This document shows positions 55,825 through 64,000 of a DNA stretch of 64,000 nucleotides, one piece after another; the first letter of the stretch is position 1; each line of letters starts with the position of its first letter. The stretch is from an uncultured Chloroflexia bacterium. GTDB lineage: Bacteria > Chloroflexota > Limnocylindria > Limnocylindrales > CSP1-4. The DNA lies in contig CAVVNZ010000012.1 in assembly GCA_963749735.1 (NCBI GenBank), positions 12,555 to 76,554 of the forward strand. The letters run 5' to 3'. The notes under the pieces were generated by a model. The model was not told where the DNA came from. It saw only the letters and a list, made by a program, of their open reading frames with translations, and made no database searches. Both the position numbers and the translations under genes were made by a program.

Positions 55825-56997
55825 ATGGCGGCCAAGATCCTCGTCGTCGATGACGACCCGAACGTCCAGCGAGTCCTGACCTACACGCTCAAGCAGGAGG
55901 GCTACGACGTCCTCGTCGCCAGCGACGGCGCCGAGGGCTTCAAGCTGTGGAGCACCGAGGAGCCCGCGCTCATCCTCCTCGACGTCATGCTCCCGAAGCT
56001 CGACGGCTACCAGGTCGCGGCCAAGATCCGGGAGGAGGAGACCACCTCCCACGTCCCGATCATCATGCTCACCGCGGAACGCGAGATCGAGCAGCGCGTC
56101 CGGGGCCTGCGTGCCGGGGCGGACGACTATCTGATCAAGCCGTTCCACCAGGCCGAGCTCCTTGCCCGGATGAAGAGTTTGCTCGCCAGGTTCGCCCCGC
56201 GCGAGGGCCTCGTCGGCCGGCCGCTCCTCGGGCGCGTGGCGGCGTTCTACGGCGCCAAGGGCGGGGTCGGGACCACGACGATCGCCATCAACGCCGCGAT
56301 CGCCCTCCACCGCGAGCTCGGCCGGAAGGTCGTCCTCGTCGACGGGAACCTCCAGTTCGGCGACCACCGGGTCTTCCTCGACCTCGGTCTCGACCGGAAG
56401 AGCATCCTCGACGTGGTGACGGCCACCTCGATCGACGCCGACATCATCAAGTCCGTCGTCGTCCGCCACGACTCGGGGATCGACCTCCTCCTCGCCCCGC
56501 CGTCGCCCGAGACGGCCGAGCTGGTGACCGAGGAGCACATCCCGCTGATCCTCGAGAACCTGCGCTCGCTGTACGACTACGTGATCATCGACATCGACAA
56601 GCGGCTCGACGAGGTCAACCTCAAGATCCTCGATGCCGCCGACGTGTTCTACGTCGTGATGACCGCCGACCTGTCGTGCCTCAAGAACGTCCGGCTCGTG
56701 CTCGAGACGGTCGGTCACCTCGGCGTCGAGCAGCAGAAGGTCCGGCTGGTCCTCAACCGATCGAACGCATTCACCGGGATCAACGTCAAGAACGCCGAGA
56801 GCGCGCTGAAACGGCCGATCGACCACCAGGTGCTCAACGAGTATCGCGGCGCGATCAGCGCGCTGAACAGCGGCTCGCCGTTCATGTTCACCAAGGCCGA
56901 TTCGCCCCTCGGTCGATCGCTCCTCGACTTCGCCCGGGCCATCGACAAGACCGCCGCGACCGGCGACGCCCCGCAGCTGGCCGCGCCCGCCCGCTGA
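55825..56997 (+). CDS. Response-regulator receiver fused to a CpaE/TadZ/MinD-type ATPase (paralog 2, canonical receiver)
   Basis: KILVVDDDPNV, LILLDVMLPKLDG, IIMLTA, DYLIKPF; FYGAKGGVGTTTIAINAA; LVDGNLQFGDHRVFL parallels paralog 1. Confidence 0.8.
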   Translation: MAAKILVVDDDPNVQRVLTYTLKQEGYDVLVASDGAEGFKLWSTEEPALILLDVMLPKLDGYQVAAKIREEETTSHVPIIMLTAEREIEQRVRGLRAGADDYLIKPFHQAELLARMKSLLARFAPREGLVGRPLLGRVAAFYGAKGGVGTTTIAINAAIALHRELGRKVVLVDGNLQFGDHRVFLDLGLDRKSILDVVTATSIDADIIKSVVVRHDSGIDLLLAPPSPETAELVTEEHIPLILENLRSLYDYVIIDIDKRLDEVNLKILDAADVFYVVMTADLSCLKNVRLVLETVGHLGVEQQKVRLVLNRSNAFTGINVKNAESALKRPIDHQVLNEYRGAISALNSGSPFMFTKADSPLGRSLLDFARAIDKTAATGDAPQLAAPAR

Positions 56998-57096
56998 CGC
57001 CGCGCCGGGTCACGGCGTCGCGGCGTCCCATGGCCGACGGTCCCGTAGGGTCCCGCTTCGGCCGAGCCGGATAAGTCCCGGGTGAGCAGCGCCCGC

Positions 57097-57102
57097 TAGG
57101 GT
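57097..57102 (+). promoter_or_regulatory. -10 element TAGGGT 6 nt upstream of GTG 57109 (leaderless-type)
   Basis: TAGGGT-CGGCCC-GTG. Confidence 0.4.
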
Positions 57103-57108
57103 CGGCCC

Positions 57109-58689
57109 GTGCTTGCCACGGTCCATGCCGCGACGCTCCAGGGGATCGAAGGTCGGGTGATCCGGGTCGAGGTCGACGTGGCACCCGGCCTGCCCGGATT
57201 CACGATCGTCGGTCTGGCCGACACGGCCCTCCAGGAGGCCCGCGAACGGGTCCGCGGCGCGATCCGGAACAGCGGGCTCGCCTTCCCGCCGCGACGGATC
57301 ACCGTGAACCTGGCCCCTGCCGACCTGCGCAAGGCCGGCGCCTCGCTCGACCTGGCGATCGCGATCGGGATCCTGCTCGGGTCGGAGCAGGTCCGGGCGG
57401 CCGGGCGCTGGGCATTCATCGGCGAGCTGTCGCTCGGTGGCGACCTGCGCGCGGTGCCGGGCGTCCTGCCGATGGTCGCGGCGCTCGTCGCGGAGGGTGC
57501 CCGCCGCCTGGTCGTGCCCCTCGACGTCGTCCAGGAAGCTCGCCTTGCCGCGGGCGCGGAGTGCCATCCGGCGGCGGACCTGGCCGACGTCCTGTCGGCG
57601 CTCCGGCTCGCCGGGACGCGTCGCGGGACCGGGCTGACCGCTCCGGCGAGGGTCGAGCTCACGGCCGCCGCTCGACTCGACCGGCCGGCGGGACAGCCGG
57701 TCACGGGCATCGCTCCCGCCGCGATCGAGGTCCCGGACCTGGCCGAGGTCCGCGGCCAGGCGGTGGGCCGCCGGGCGCTCGAGATCGCCCTGGCCGGCGG
57801 CCACGGGATGCTGTTCATCGGACCACCCGGGTCGGGCAAGACGCTCCTGGCACGGACGATCCCGGGTCTCCTCCCGCCGCTCGGCGACGCCGAGGCGCAG
57901 GTCGCATCGGCCATCGTCTCGGCGGCCGGCGACGGCCCGCTCCGCGAGCTCGTCCGGACGCGCCCGTTCCGGGCGCCCCACCACACGATCAGCTACGCCG
58001 GGATGCTCGGTGGTGGACCGCGCCTGGCGCCGGGTGAGGTCACCCGGGCGAACGAGGGGATCCTGTTCCTCGACGAGCTCCCGGAGTTCGGCCGCGACGT
58101 CCTGGAAGCGCTGCGGCAGCCGCTCGAGGACGGCCGTGTCGCGATCGTCCGCGTCGGCGGGGCCGTCGTCCTCCCGGCGCGGTTCCAGCTCGTCGGCGCG
58201 ATGAACCCGTGCCCGTGCGGCCGGTCCGGCAGCCTCGACGCGGAGTGCCGCTGCCGGACGGGCGTGGCCGAGCGCTACGCCGCGCGCGTCTCGGGTCCGC
58301 TCCGGGACCGGATCGACCTGTGGGTCGAGATGCCGCCCGTGGCGCACGCCCAGCTGATCGGGGCGGGGCGGGCCGAGTCGAGCGCCGATGTCGCCGGCCG
58401 GATCGCCGCCGCCCGGGCCATCGCGCTCGACCGGACGGGTTCGGTCAATGGCCGGCTCGATGGCGCGAAGCTCCGCTCGGCGTGCGGGTCGTCTCGCGCG
58501 AACGAGGCGGTGGCTCGGGCGATCGCCGGGTCGGCCGGGCTGTCGGCCCGCGGGTTCGGTCGCCTCCTCCGTGTCGCCAGGACGATCGCCGATCTCGACG
58601 GCGCCGCGACAGTGGATCGCAACCATCTCGAGGAGGCCGCCCGGTTCCGGGTCCCGAGTGGCCCATTCGCGGGCCGGATGGCGAGCTGA
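57109..58689 (+). CDS. comM: YifB/ComM Mg-chelatase-like AAA+ ATPase
   Basis: ATLQGIEGRVIRVEVDV...GLPGFTIVGLADTALQEARERV, GPPGSGKTLLAR, FLDELPEF, and a Cys cluster NPCPCG. Confidence 0.9.
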   Translation: MLATVHAATLQGIEGRVIRVEVDVAPGLPGFTIVGLADTALQEARERVRGAIRNSGLAFPPRRITVNLAPADLRKAGASLDLAIAIGILLGSEQVRAAGRWAFIGELSLGGDLRAVPGVLPMVAALVAEGARRLVVPLDVVQEARLAAGAECHPAADLADVLSALRLAGTRRGTGLTAPARVELTAAARLDRPAGQPVTGIAPAAIEVPDLAEVRGQAVGRRALEIALAGGHGMLFIGPPGSGKTLLARTIPGLLPPLGDAEAQVASAIVSAAGDGPLRELVRTRPFRAPHHTISYAGMLGGGPRLAPGEVTRANEGILFLDELPEFGRDVLEALRQPLEDGRVAIVRVGGAVVLPARFQLVGAMNPCPCGRSGSLDAECRCRTGVAERYAARVSGPLRDRIDLWVEMPPVAHAQLIGAGRAESSADVAGRIAAARAIALDRTGSVNGRLDGAKLRSACGSSRANEAVARAIAGSAGLSARGFGRLLRVARTIADLDGAATVDRNHLEEAARFRVPSGPFAGRMAS

Positions 58690-58693
58690 CCGG

Positions 58694-59953
58694 ATGCTCT
58701 CGGAGCGGGACTGCTGGACCGTCCTGGCCTCGGTGTCCGGGCTCGGCCCCCGGACGTTCGCGTTGCTTCTGGCGGAGCATGGGAGCGCCCGGCGCGTGGT
58801 CGAGCTGGCCGCGACCGAGACCGGCCGAGGCACCGTCCGCGACGGACCCGGACGCGACCGGGACCGGTTGCCGGCCCCGATGATCGAGGCGCTGGGGATC
58901 GCCGCGAGGCACGCCCCGGCTCTGCTCGGACGGCTGCGGGAGCTCGAGGTCGGGGTGATCACCGTCGACGACGAGGCCTACCCGCGTCGCCTGCGCGATC
59001 TGGCCGAGCCGCCGCTCGTGCTCTTCGTCCGCGGCGACCCGGCGTCGCTGGTCGGAGAGCATGCGGTGGCGATCGTCGGGACGCGCCGGCCGACCGAGTC
59101 GGGGCGTCGGATCGCGGCCCGGATCGCCGACCAACTGACCCGGCTCGGCTCGGTGGTGGTATCCGGCCTGGCGGTCGGGATCGACGGCGCGGCGCACGCG
59201 GCCGCGGTGATCGCCGGGGGTCCGACGGTTGCCGTCCTCGGATCCGGTCACGATCGCCTGTTCCCGCGCGCCCACGCTCGGCTGGCCGTGGACATCGTCG
59301 GCGCTGGAGGGGCCGTCGTCTCGGAGCTGCCGCCGGATGCGCGGCCGACCAGCGGGACGTTTCCCCGCCGGAATCGCCTCATCAGCGGGCTGGCCGACGC
59401 GACGGTGGTGGTCGAAGCAGCGCCACGCAGCGGCGCGCTCATCACGGCGCGCTGGGCACTCGAGCAGGGGAGGGACTGCTTCCTCGTCCCGGGCTCGATC
59501 GACGCACCGGCATCGGCCGGGTGTCTGGCGTTCCTGCGCGAGTTCGCGGGTGAGGCCCGGATCGTCGCGGGCGTCGCCGAGCTCGTCGACGATCTCGGGC
59601 TGGTGCGGTCGGGCACCGCGGAACCGCACCCGTCCGGATCGGTCACGCTCGAAGCGGCGCTGGCGGTTCTCGGCGGGGTCGAAGCCGAGGTCGCGGCGGC
59701 CCTGATCGAGGGTCTGACGACCGCGGATGAGCTCGCGGTACGGACCGGGCGGCCCGTCGCGACGATCCTGGGGACGCTGACCGTCCTCGAGATGCGCGGC
59801 CTCGTCGCGTCCGTCTATGGACGATTCCGACCGACCGGCGCGCTCGCTGCGGCACCGCCCGGGTTTGCCCTTGGTCGCAGACCGATGCTACCCTTGCAGA
59901 CGATCGTCAAGGCAGCGACGCCCGATGATCAGACAGCCGCACGAAGCCGCTGA
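58694..59953 (+). CDS. dprA: DNA-processing protein DprA
   Basis: ATG at 58694, 4 nt after the comM stop. VAIVGTRRPT..G...A..LA, VVSGLAVGIDGAAHAAA, FPRRNRLISGL, and a C-terminal wHTH-like end. Confidence 0.9.
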   Translation: MLSERDCWTVLASVSGLGPRTFALLLAEHGSARRVVELAATETGRGTVRDGPGRDRDRLPAPMIEALGIAARHAPALLGRLRELEVGVITVDDEAYPRRLRDLAEPPLVLFVRGDPASLVGEHAVAIVGTRRPTESGRRIAARIADQLTRLGSVVVSGLAVGIDGAAHAAAVIAGGPTVAVLGSGHDRLFPRAHARLAVDIVGAGGAVVSELPPDARPTSGTFPRRNRLISGLADATVVVEAAPRSGALITARWALEQGRDCFLVPGSIDAPASAGCLAFLREFAGEARIVAGVAELVDDLGLVRSGTAEPHPSGSVTLEAALAVLGGVEAEVAAALIEGLTTADELAVRTGRPVATILGTLTVLEMRGLVASVYGRFRPTGALAAAPPGFALGRRPMLPLQTIVKAATPDDQTAARSR

Positions 59954-59982
59954 CCCCAGGCAACGAGCCAGGAGACTGTCTA

Positions 59983-61635
59983 TTGCGAAAGCTCGCCGCC
60001 GCGGCGCTTGCCCTCCCCATCCTCGCACTGGTCTACGGACCGGTCTTCGCTCGGCGGATCCTCGCCGGCCGGATGGGCATCGGCATCGGCACCTTGGCGA
60101 TCAGCGGGATCGTGGTCGTCGGGTTGGCGGCCCCGGTCCAGACCCAGGCACATCCTCCGGTCACCGCCAGCCCCGTCGGCCCTGCCGCTCTCGCCGGCAG
60201 CATCGAGCCACACCACGGCTTGCGTGAGCCTGTCCGCCTGTCGTTCAGTTCACCGATGGATCCGGCGAGCGTGGCTTCCGCGCTCACCGTCGAGCCGTCG
60301 ACGCCGGTCGCACTGTCGTGGGATGCGGCAGGCCGAGCGCTCACGGTCGCGCCCAAGGCGGGCTGGAAGGCGGCGACCTACTACACGATCACGATCTCCG
60401 GGGCCGCCGCCGACGCGACCGGCCAGAAGCTCTCGAGCCCGGCCCGGGCGATCTTCACCACCCGGTCGGCGATCGGCGGACGCATCGTTGCGCTCGACGC
60501 GGCGACCGCCGGCCGCGTCCCGGCCGCGACCCGCTTCGTCGTCGCCTTCGACGGCCCGGTGGACGTCACCGGGGTCGAGGCGGCATTCCATATCGACCCC
60601 GCGGTCGAGGGCTCGTTCAGCACCGACACGACCCCAGCGGGCGGCACCGCGGTCACGTTCACCCCGGACGACAGCCTCGACCCCGATACGGCCTACACCG
60701 TCTCGATCGCCGGTCCGGTCCTCGATCGGGACGGCCTGGCCACGACCGCCCCCGCCGTCTTGGCCGTCCGCACGGCGAAGGGCCCCACCGTCGTCCGCTT
60801 CCGACCGATCACCGGCACGGCAGATGCCTCACGCACGTCGGCGCTGTCGGTCCGGTTCACCGCCCGGATGGACCACGCCTCGACGGAAGCCGCGTTCTCG
60901 GCGAGGGTGGGGACCAAGAAGCTCAAGGGCACGCTCAGCTGGGCCGAGCGGGACACCGTCCTCGTCTTCAAGCCGGCGGCGGTCCTCGCCTACGGGACGA
61001 AGGTCGTGATGCAGGTAGCCACGACCGCCACGGACCGTCACGGGACGCCGCTTGCGGCCATCAAGATCGCCACGTTCACCGTGGAGAAGAAGCCGGCGGC
61101 CGCACGCAAGGCGTCGAACGGCGGCGGTGGTGGCGGCGGTGGATCGACCCACATCGGCCATGGCGGCAGTGTCGGATCCGGGTCCTGGCAGGCGGTCGAG
61201 GCCTACTACCTGCGACTGATGAACTGCACCCGCGGCGGCGGCTGGGTCACCTCGGGCGGCGACTGCAGCAGCCCGGGCGGAAGCGGCATCGCTCCGCTCA
61301 TCCTCAGCTCCGGGATCAGTACGAACGTCTCGCGGCCGTACGCGAAGTTCCTGGCCAACAGCGGGATCTGCAGCCACTTCGCCGACGGGGACCCGGGCGA
61401 TCGCCTTCATCGAGCCGGCTATCCGGGCGACTACCGGGAGAACATCGGCTGCCGCTCGGCGGCCAACCCGTACGCGTCGGTCCTCGGGACCCACCTCTAC
61501 TTCCAGAGCGAGAAGCCCTGCGGTGGGTACTGCCACTACGCCAACATCATGTCGACGAAGATGAAATACGTCGGGATCGGCGTCTGGGTGGCCCACGGCC
61601 GCGTCCGGCTCGTCATCGACTTCTGGGAAGGCTGA
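59983..61635 (+). CDS. Secreted protein: signal/TM, about four SbsA-type Ig-like repeats, Gly run, C-terminal CAP/SCP domain
   Basis: TTG at 59983 after AGGAGA. Repeated PV.L.FSSPMDPASV.SALTV.P...Y.V.I units. C-terminus: YYLRLMN..R...SSGISTNVSRPYAKFLANSG..SH...ENIG...YCHYANIMS.KMKYVGIGVW. Confidence 0.7.
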   Translation: MRKLAAAALALPILALVYGPVFARRILAGRMGIGIGTLAISGIVVVGLAAPVQTQAHPPVTASPVGPAALAGSIEPHHGLREPVRLSFSSPMDPASVASALTVEPSTPVALSWDAAGRALTVAPKAGWKAATYYTITISGAAADATGQKLSSPARAIFTTRSAIGGRIVALDAATAGRVPAATRFVVAFDGPVDVTGVEAAFHIDPAVEGSFSTDTTPAGGTAVTFTPDDSLDPDTAYTVSIAGPVLDRDGLATTAPAVLAVRTAKGPTVVRFRPITGTADASRTSALSVRFTARMDHASTEAAFSARVGTKKLKGTLSWAERDTVLVFKPAAVLAYGTKVVMQVATTATDRHGTPLAAIKIATFTVEKKPAAARKASNGGGGGGGGSTHIGHGGSVGSGSWQAVEAYYLRLMNCTRGGGWVTSGGDCSSPGGSGIAPLILSSGISTNVSRPYAKFLANSGICSHFADGDPGDRLHRAGYPGDYRENIGCRSAANPYASVLGTHLYFQSEKPCGGYCHYANIMSTKMKYVGIGVWVAHGRVRLVIDFWEG

Positions 61636-61641
61636 ACTCCG

Positions 61642-62037
61642 CTGATCCGGAACGTCGTCCTCCATATCAACAACGAGCAGCCGCTGCTGGCCGACCTCTA
61701 CTCGCTTCCGGCCGCCTCGGACGTCGCCGTGCTGTGCACGAACCTCCGCGAGCTCAACGGGAAGCGACCGGTCTTCGCCGACCACATCGAGTCGGTCTTC
61801 CTGTTCCCGCTGATCCATCTCCGGTTCATCGAGATGGCCGCCGGGACGATCGGCGACACGGGCGAGGTCCGGCACGACCGCACGCCCGTCCCGCAGGACG
61901 ATCGGGACGGGGCCGACGAGCCACCGAGACTGCCCGCCGGCGCTCCGGTCGCCGCATCGGGTCCGGCGGCGACGCCGGAGCCGGAAGCCGACCTCGACAT
62001 CGACGAGGACTTCCTGCGCCGCGTCCGCGACGTCTGA
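61642..62037 (+). CDS. Hypothetical small protein upstream of topA; a likely non-canonical (CTG/ATC) start extends the GTG-61729 track ORF
   Basis: The frame is open from the upstream TGA (61633-61635). LIRNVVLHINNEQPLLADLYSLPAASDVAVLCTNLRELNGKRPVFADHIESVFLFPLIHLRFIEM reads as one compact domain. GGGAAGG lies 10 nt before CTG 61642. Confidence 0.5.
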   Translation: MIRNVVLHINNEQPLLADLYSLPAASDVAVLCTNLRELNGKRPVFADHIESVFLFPLIHLRFIEMAAGTIGDTGEVRHDRTPVPQDDRDGADEPPRLPAGAPVAASGPAATPEPEADLDIDEDFLRRVRDV

Positions 62038-62096
62038 CCCGACCGAAGGTCGGCGGTCCGGGCCCCGACGCGGTGGATCGTCCGATGAAGGGCCGG

Positions 62097-62105
62097 TGCT
62101 AGACT
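62097..62105 (+). promoter_or_regulatory. Extended -10 element TGCTAGACT 10 nt upstream of the topA ATG
   Basis: TGc-TAGACT-CCCGCAGGTC-ATG. This implies a very short leader or none. Confidence 0.4.
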
Positions 62106-62115
62106 CCCGCAGGTC

Positions 62116-64000
62116 ATGAAGTCAGATCTGGTCATCGTCGAGTCCCCGGCCAAGGCCAAGACGATCGAGCGCTACCTCGGCCCGGGCTACACGGTCCTGG
62201 CCTCCTACGGGCATGTCCGCGACCTGCCCGAGAACCCCGGCAAGGGTCAGCTGGGCGTGGACGTCGAGCACGACTTCGCCCCGACCTATGAGATCTCCCC
62301 CGACCGCCACCGCCAGCTCGCGGCCATCGAGAAGGCGGCTCGCGGCGCCAAGATCGTCTATCTCGCCACCGACCTCGATCGGGAGGGCGAGGCGATCGCC
62401 TGGCATGTCGCCGAGGCCATCAACCTGTCCCCGGAACGGACCGCGCGGGTGACCTTCAGCGAGATCACCGAGCCCGCCATCCGCGAGGCGTTCGCCCACC
62501 CGCGGTCGATCGATCAGGACCTGGTCGATGCGCAGCAGACGCGTCGGATCGTCGACCGGATGGTCGGCTACACCCTCAGTCCGCTCATCTCGCGCAAGGT
62601 GCGGTCGGGTCTGTCGGCGGGTCGCGTCCAGTCGGTGGCGGTCCGCCTGGTCGTCGACCGCGAACGCGAGATCCGCGCGTTCACCGCGGTCGAGTACTGG
62701 ACCGTCGAGGCCGTCCTGGTCGCGCCCGACGGCTCGACGTTCACGGCCGATCTCGTCCGGATCGACGGGGAGAAGCCGGTCATCGGCGACGGCGAGACCG
62801 CCGAGCGGCATGTCGCCGCGCTGCGGGCCAGCCGGCCGGTCGTCGACACCATCGCGGTCAAGCGCTCGAAGCGCAGCCCGGCACCACCGTTCACGACGTC
62901 CACCCTCCAGCAGGAGGCGAGCCGCAAGCTCGGGTTCAGCCCGAAGCGGACGATGTCGGTCGCCCAGCGGCTGTACGAGGGTGTCGAGACCCCGGATGGC
63001 CAGACGGGCCTGATCACCTACATGCGGACCGATTCGGTCGCGCTGTCGGGCCAGGCGCTCGGCGAGGCGCGTGAGGTCATCGGCGACCGCTACGGCATCG
63101 ACTACACGATGCCCAAGGGCCGGCCGTTCAAGACCAAGACGCGCAACGCCCAGGAAGCACACGAGGCGATCCGGCCGACGTCCTTCCACCGCGACCCCGA
63201 GGCGCTCGAGCGCGTCCTGGGCCGCGACGAGGCTCGGCTGTACCGGCTGATCTGGCAGCGGGCGCTGGCCAGCCAGATGAAGGAGAAGGAGCTCGAGACC
63301 ACCTCGGCCGAGCTGGTCGCCGGATCGTACGGTTTGCGGGCGAGCGCGACCAAGACAGTCTTCGACGGGTTCAGCCGGGTCTACACCGAGGGCCAGGACG
63401 ACGCCGCGGAGGAGGCCGAGCGGGCCCTGCCGCCGCTCGCCCAGGGTGATGTCACGGCCGTGTCCGAGGTCCTCCCGACCCAGCACTTCACGGAGCCGCC
63501 GCCGCGCTACACCGAAGCGACCCTGATCAAGTCGCTCGAGGAGCACGGGATCGGACGTCCATCCACCTATGCGGCCACCATCTCGACGATCGTCGACCGG
63601 GGCTACGTCAAGGTGATCGAGCGCCGGCTGCACCCGGAGCCGATCGGCGAGGTCGTCACGGACCTCCTCGTCGAGCACTTCGGGAAGTACGTCGATCTCG
63701 CCTTCACCGCCGGCATGGAGGAGGAGCTCGACGAGGTCGCCCGGGGCGAGCGCGCCTGGGTCCCGCTGCTGCGGGCGTTCTACGGACCGCTCAAGGAGCT
63801 GGTCGACGAGAAGCGCGCCGTGCTGCGGCGCAAGGACTTCACGACCGAGCCGTCGGACGAGGTCTGCTCCGAAGGCCATCCGATGGTCATCCGCCTCGGA
63901 CGGAACGGTCGGTTCCTGGCGTGTTCGCTCTACCCGGAACACAAGGAATCCCGTCCGCTGCCGGGCGAGGAGGAGGACACCCCGGCTCTCCCCGGCGTCG
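62116..64000 (+). CDS. topA: DNA topoisomerase I (3' end beyond the window)
   Basis: Not in the ORF track because no stop lies within the window. Read directly: MKSDLVIVESPAKAKTIERYLG...ASYGHVRDLP (Toprim), LATDLDREGEAIAWH, QQTRRIVDRMVGY...SAGRVQSV, and a C-terminal Cys motif starting EVCSEGH. Confidence 0.95.
   Translation, partial: MKSDLVIVESPAKAKTIERYLGPGYTVLASYGHVRDLPENPGKGQLGVDVEHDFAPTYEISPDRHRQLAAIEKAARGAKIVYLATDLDREGEAIAWHVAEAINLSPERTARVTFSEITEPAIREAFAHPRSIDQDLVDAQQTRRIVDRMVGYTLSPLISRKVRSGLSAGRVQSVAVRLVVDREREIRAFTAVEYWTVEAVLVAPDGSTFTADLVRIDGEKPVIGDGETAERHVAALRASRPVVDTIAVKRSKRSPAPPFTTSTLQQEASRKLGFSPKRTMSVAQRLYEGVETPDGQTGLITYMRTDSVALSGQALGEAREVIGDRYGIDYTMPKGRPFKTKTRNAQEAHEAIRPTSFHRDPEALERVLGRDEARLYRLIWQRALASQMKEKELETTSAELVAGSYGLRASATKTVFDGFSRVYTEGQDDAAEEAERALPPLAQGDVTAVSEVLPTQHFTEPPPRYTEATLIKSLEEHGIGRPSTYAATISTIVDRGYVKVIERRLHPEPIGEVVTDLLVEHFGKYVDLAFTAGMEEELDEVARGERAWVPLLRAFYGPLKELVDEKRAVLRRKDFTTEPSDEVCSEGHPMVIRLGRNGRFLACSLYPEHKESRPLPGEEEDTPALPGV

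Noticed and set aside
1-64000. CRISPR arrays, IS elements, integrases, prophage genes, rRNA.
   Set aside because: I saw no regularly spaced direct repeats and no transposase, integrase or phage-structural motifs in any frame I read. The only RNA gene I could fold is the tRNA at 42713-42787.

Overview
This is very GC-rich bacterial chromosomal DNA. Codon third positions are almost always G/C, but I did not compute an exact GC value. Gene content and promoter style fit an actinobacterium-like or other high-GC lineage, and the taxon cannot be fixed from this window. I can support about 50 protein-coding genes and one tRNA (anticodon CAT). I found no rRNA, no CRISPR array, and no recognisable integrase, transposase or phage gene. 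All product calls rest on my own motif recognition in the translated ORFs, not on any database search.

Most of the window is core housekeeping:
- a MoxR-DUF58-transglutaminase module;
- a serine-biosynthesis operon (class V aminotransferase, serA, histidine-phosphatase);
- rarA;
- a GGDEF/HD-GYP membrane sensor;
- a UvrD-type helicase fused to a Cas4-like nuclease, which heads a long co-directional, translationally coupled gene string (HAD, M20D, agmatinase, methyltransferase, lipid kinase, REC-CpaE-like ATPase, murI, DUF2342 protease, 2-hydroxyacid dehydrogenase, ychF);
- a GH38 mannosidase;
- an MrfA/MrfB-like helicase-exonuclease pair;
- ftsB-like, tRNA and ftsH;
- ppa, thpR, trpB2, tyrA, comM, dprA and topA.

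The observations most worth a second look:
1. A roughly 90-nt imperfect direct repeat duplicates the 3' end of the ftsB-like gene. It brackets a 3.8-kb single-gene insertion next to tRNA-Met. The inserted gene is a zinc-ribbon / class III cyclase / STAND ATPase / TPR gene.
2. A second cyclase-STAND-TPR gene converges on, and overlaps, a stand-alone DnaB-C-terminal-like ATPase.
3. Two paralogous receiver-CpaE/MinD-type ATPase fusions sit with no pilus genes nearby.
4. At least 12 genes carry a -10 hexamer 6-8 nt upstream of the start codon, the architecture expected for leaderless mRNAs.
5. Three unrelated genes (GH38, the cyclase-STAND gene, thpR) are each interrupted by exactly one extra nucleotide. 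This is either real decay or an assembly indel problem.

I did not find a clear-cut, self-contained novel multi-gene system. The cyclase-STAND loci are the best candidates.
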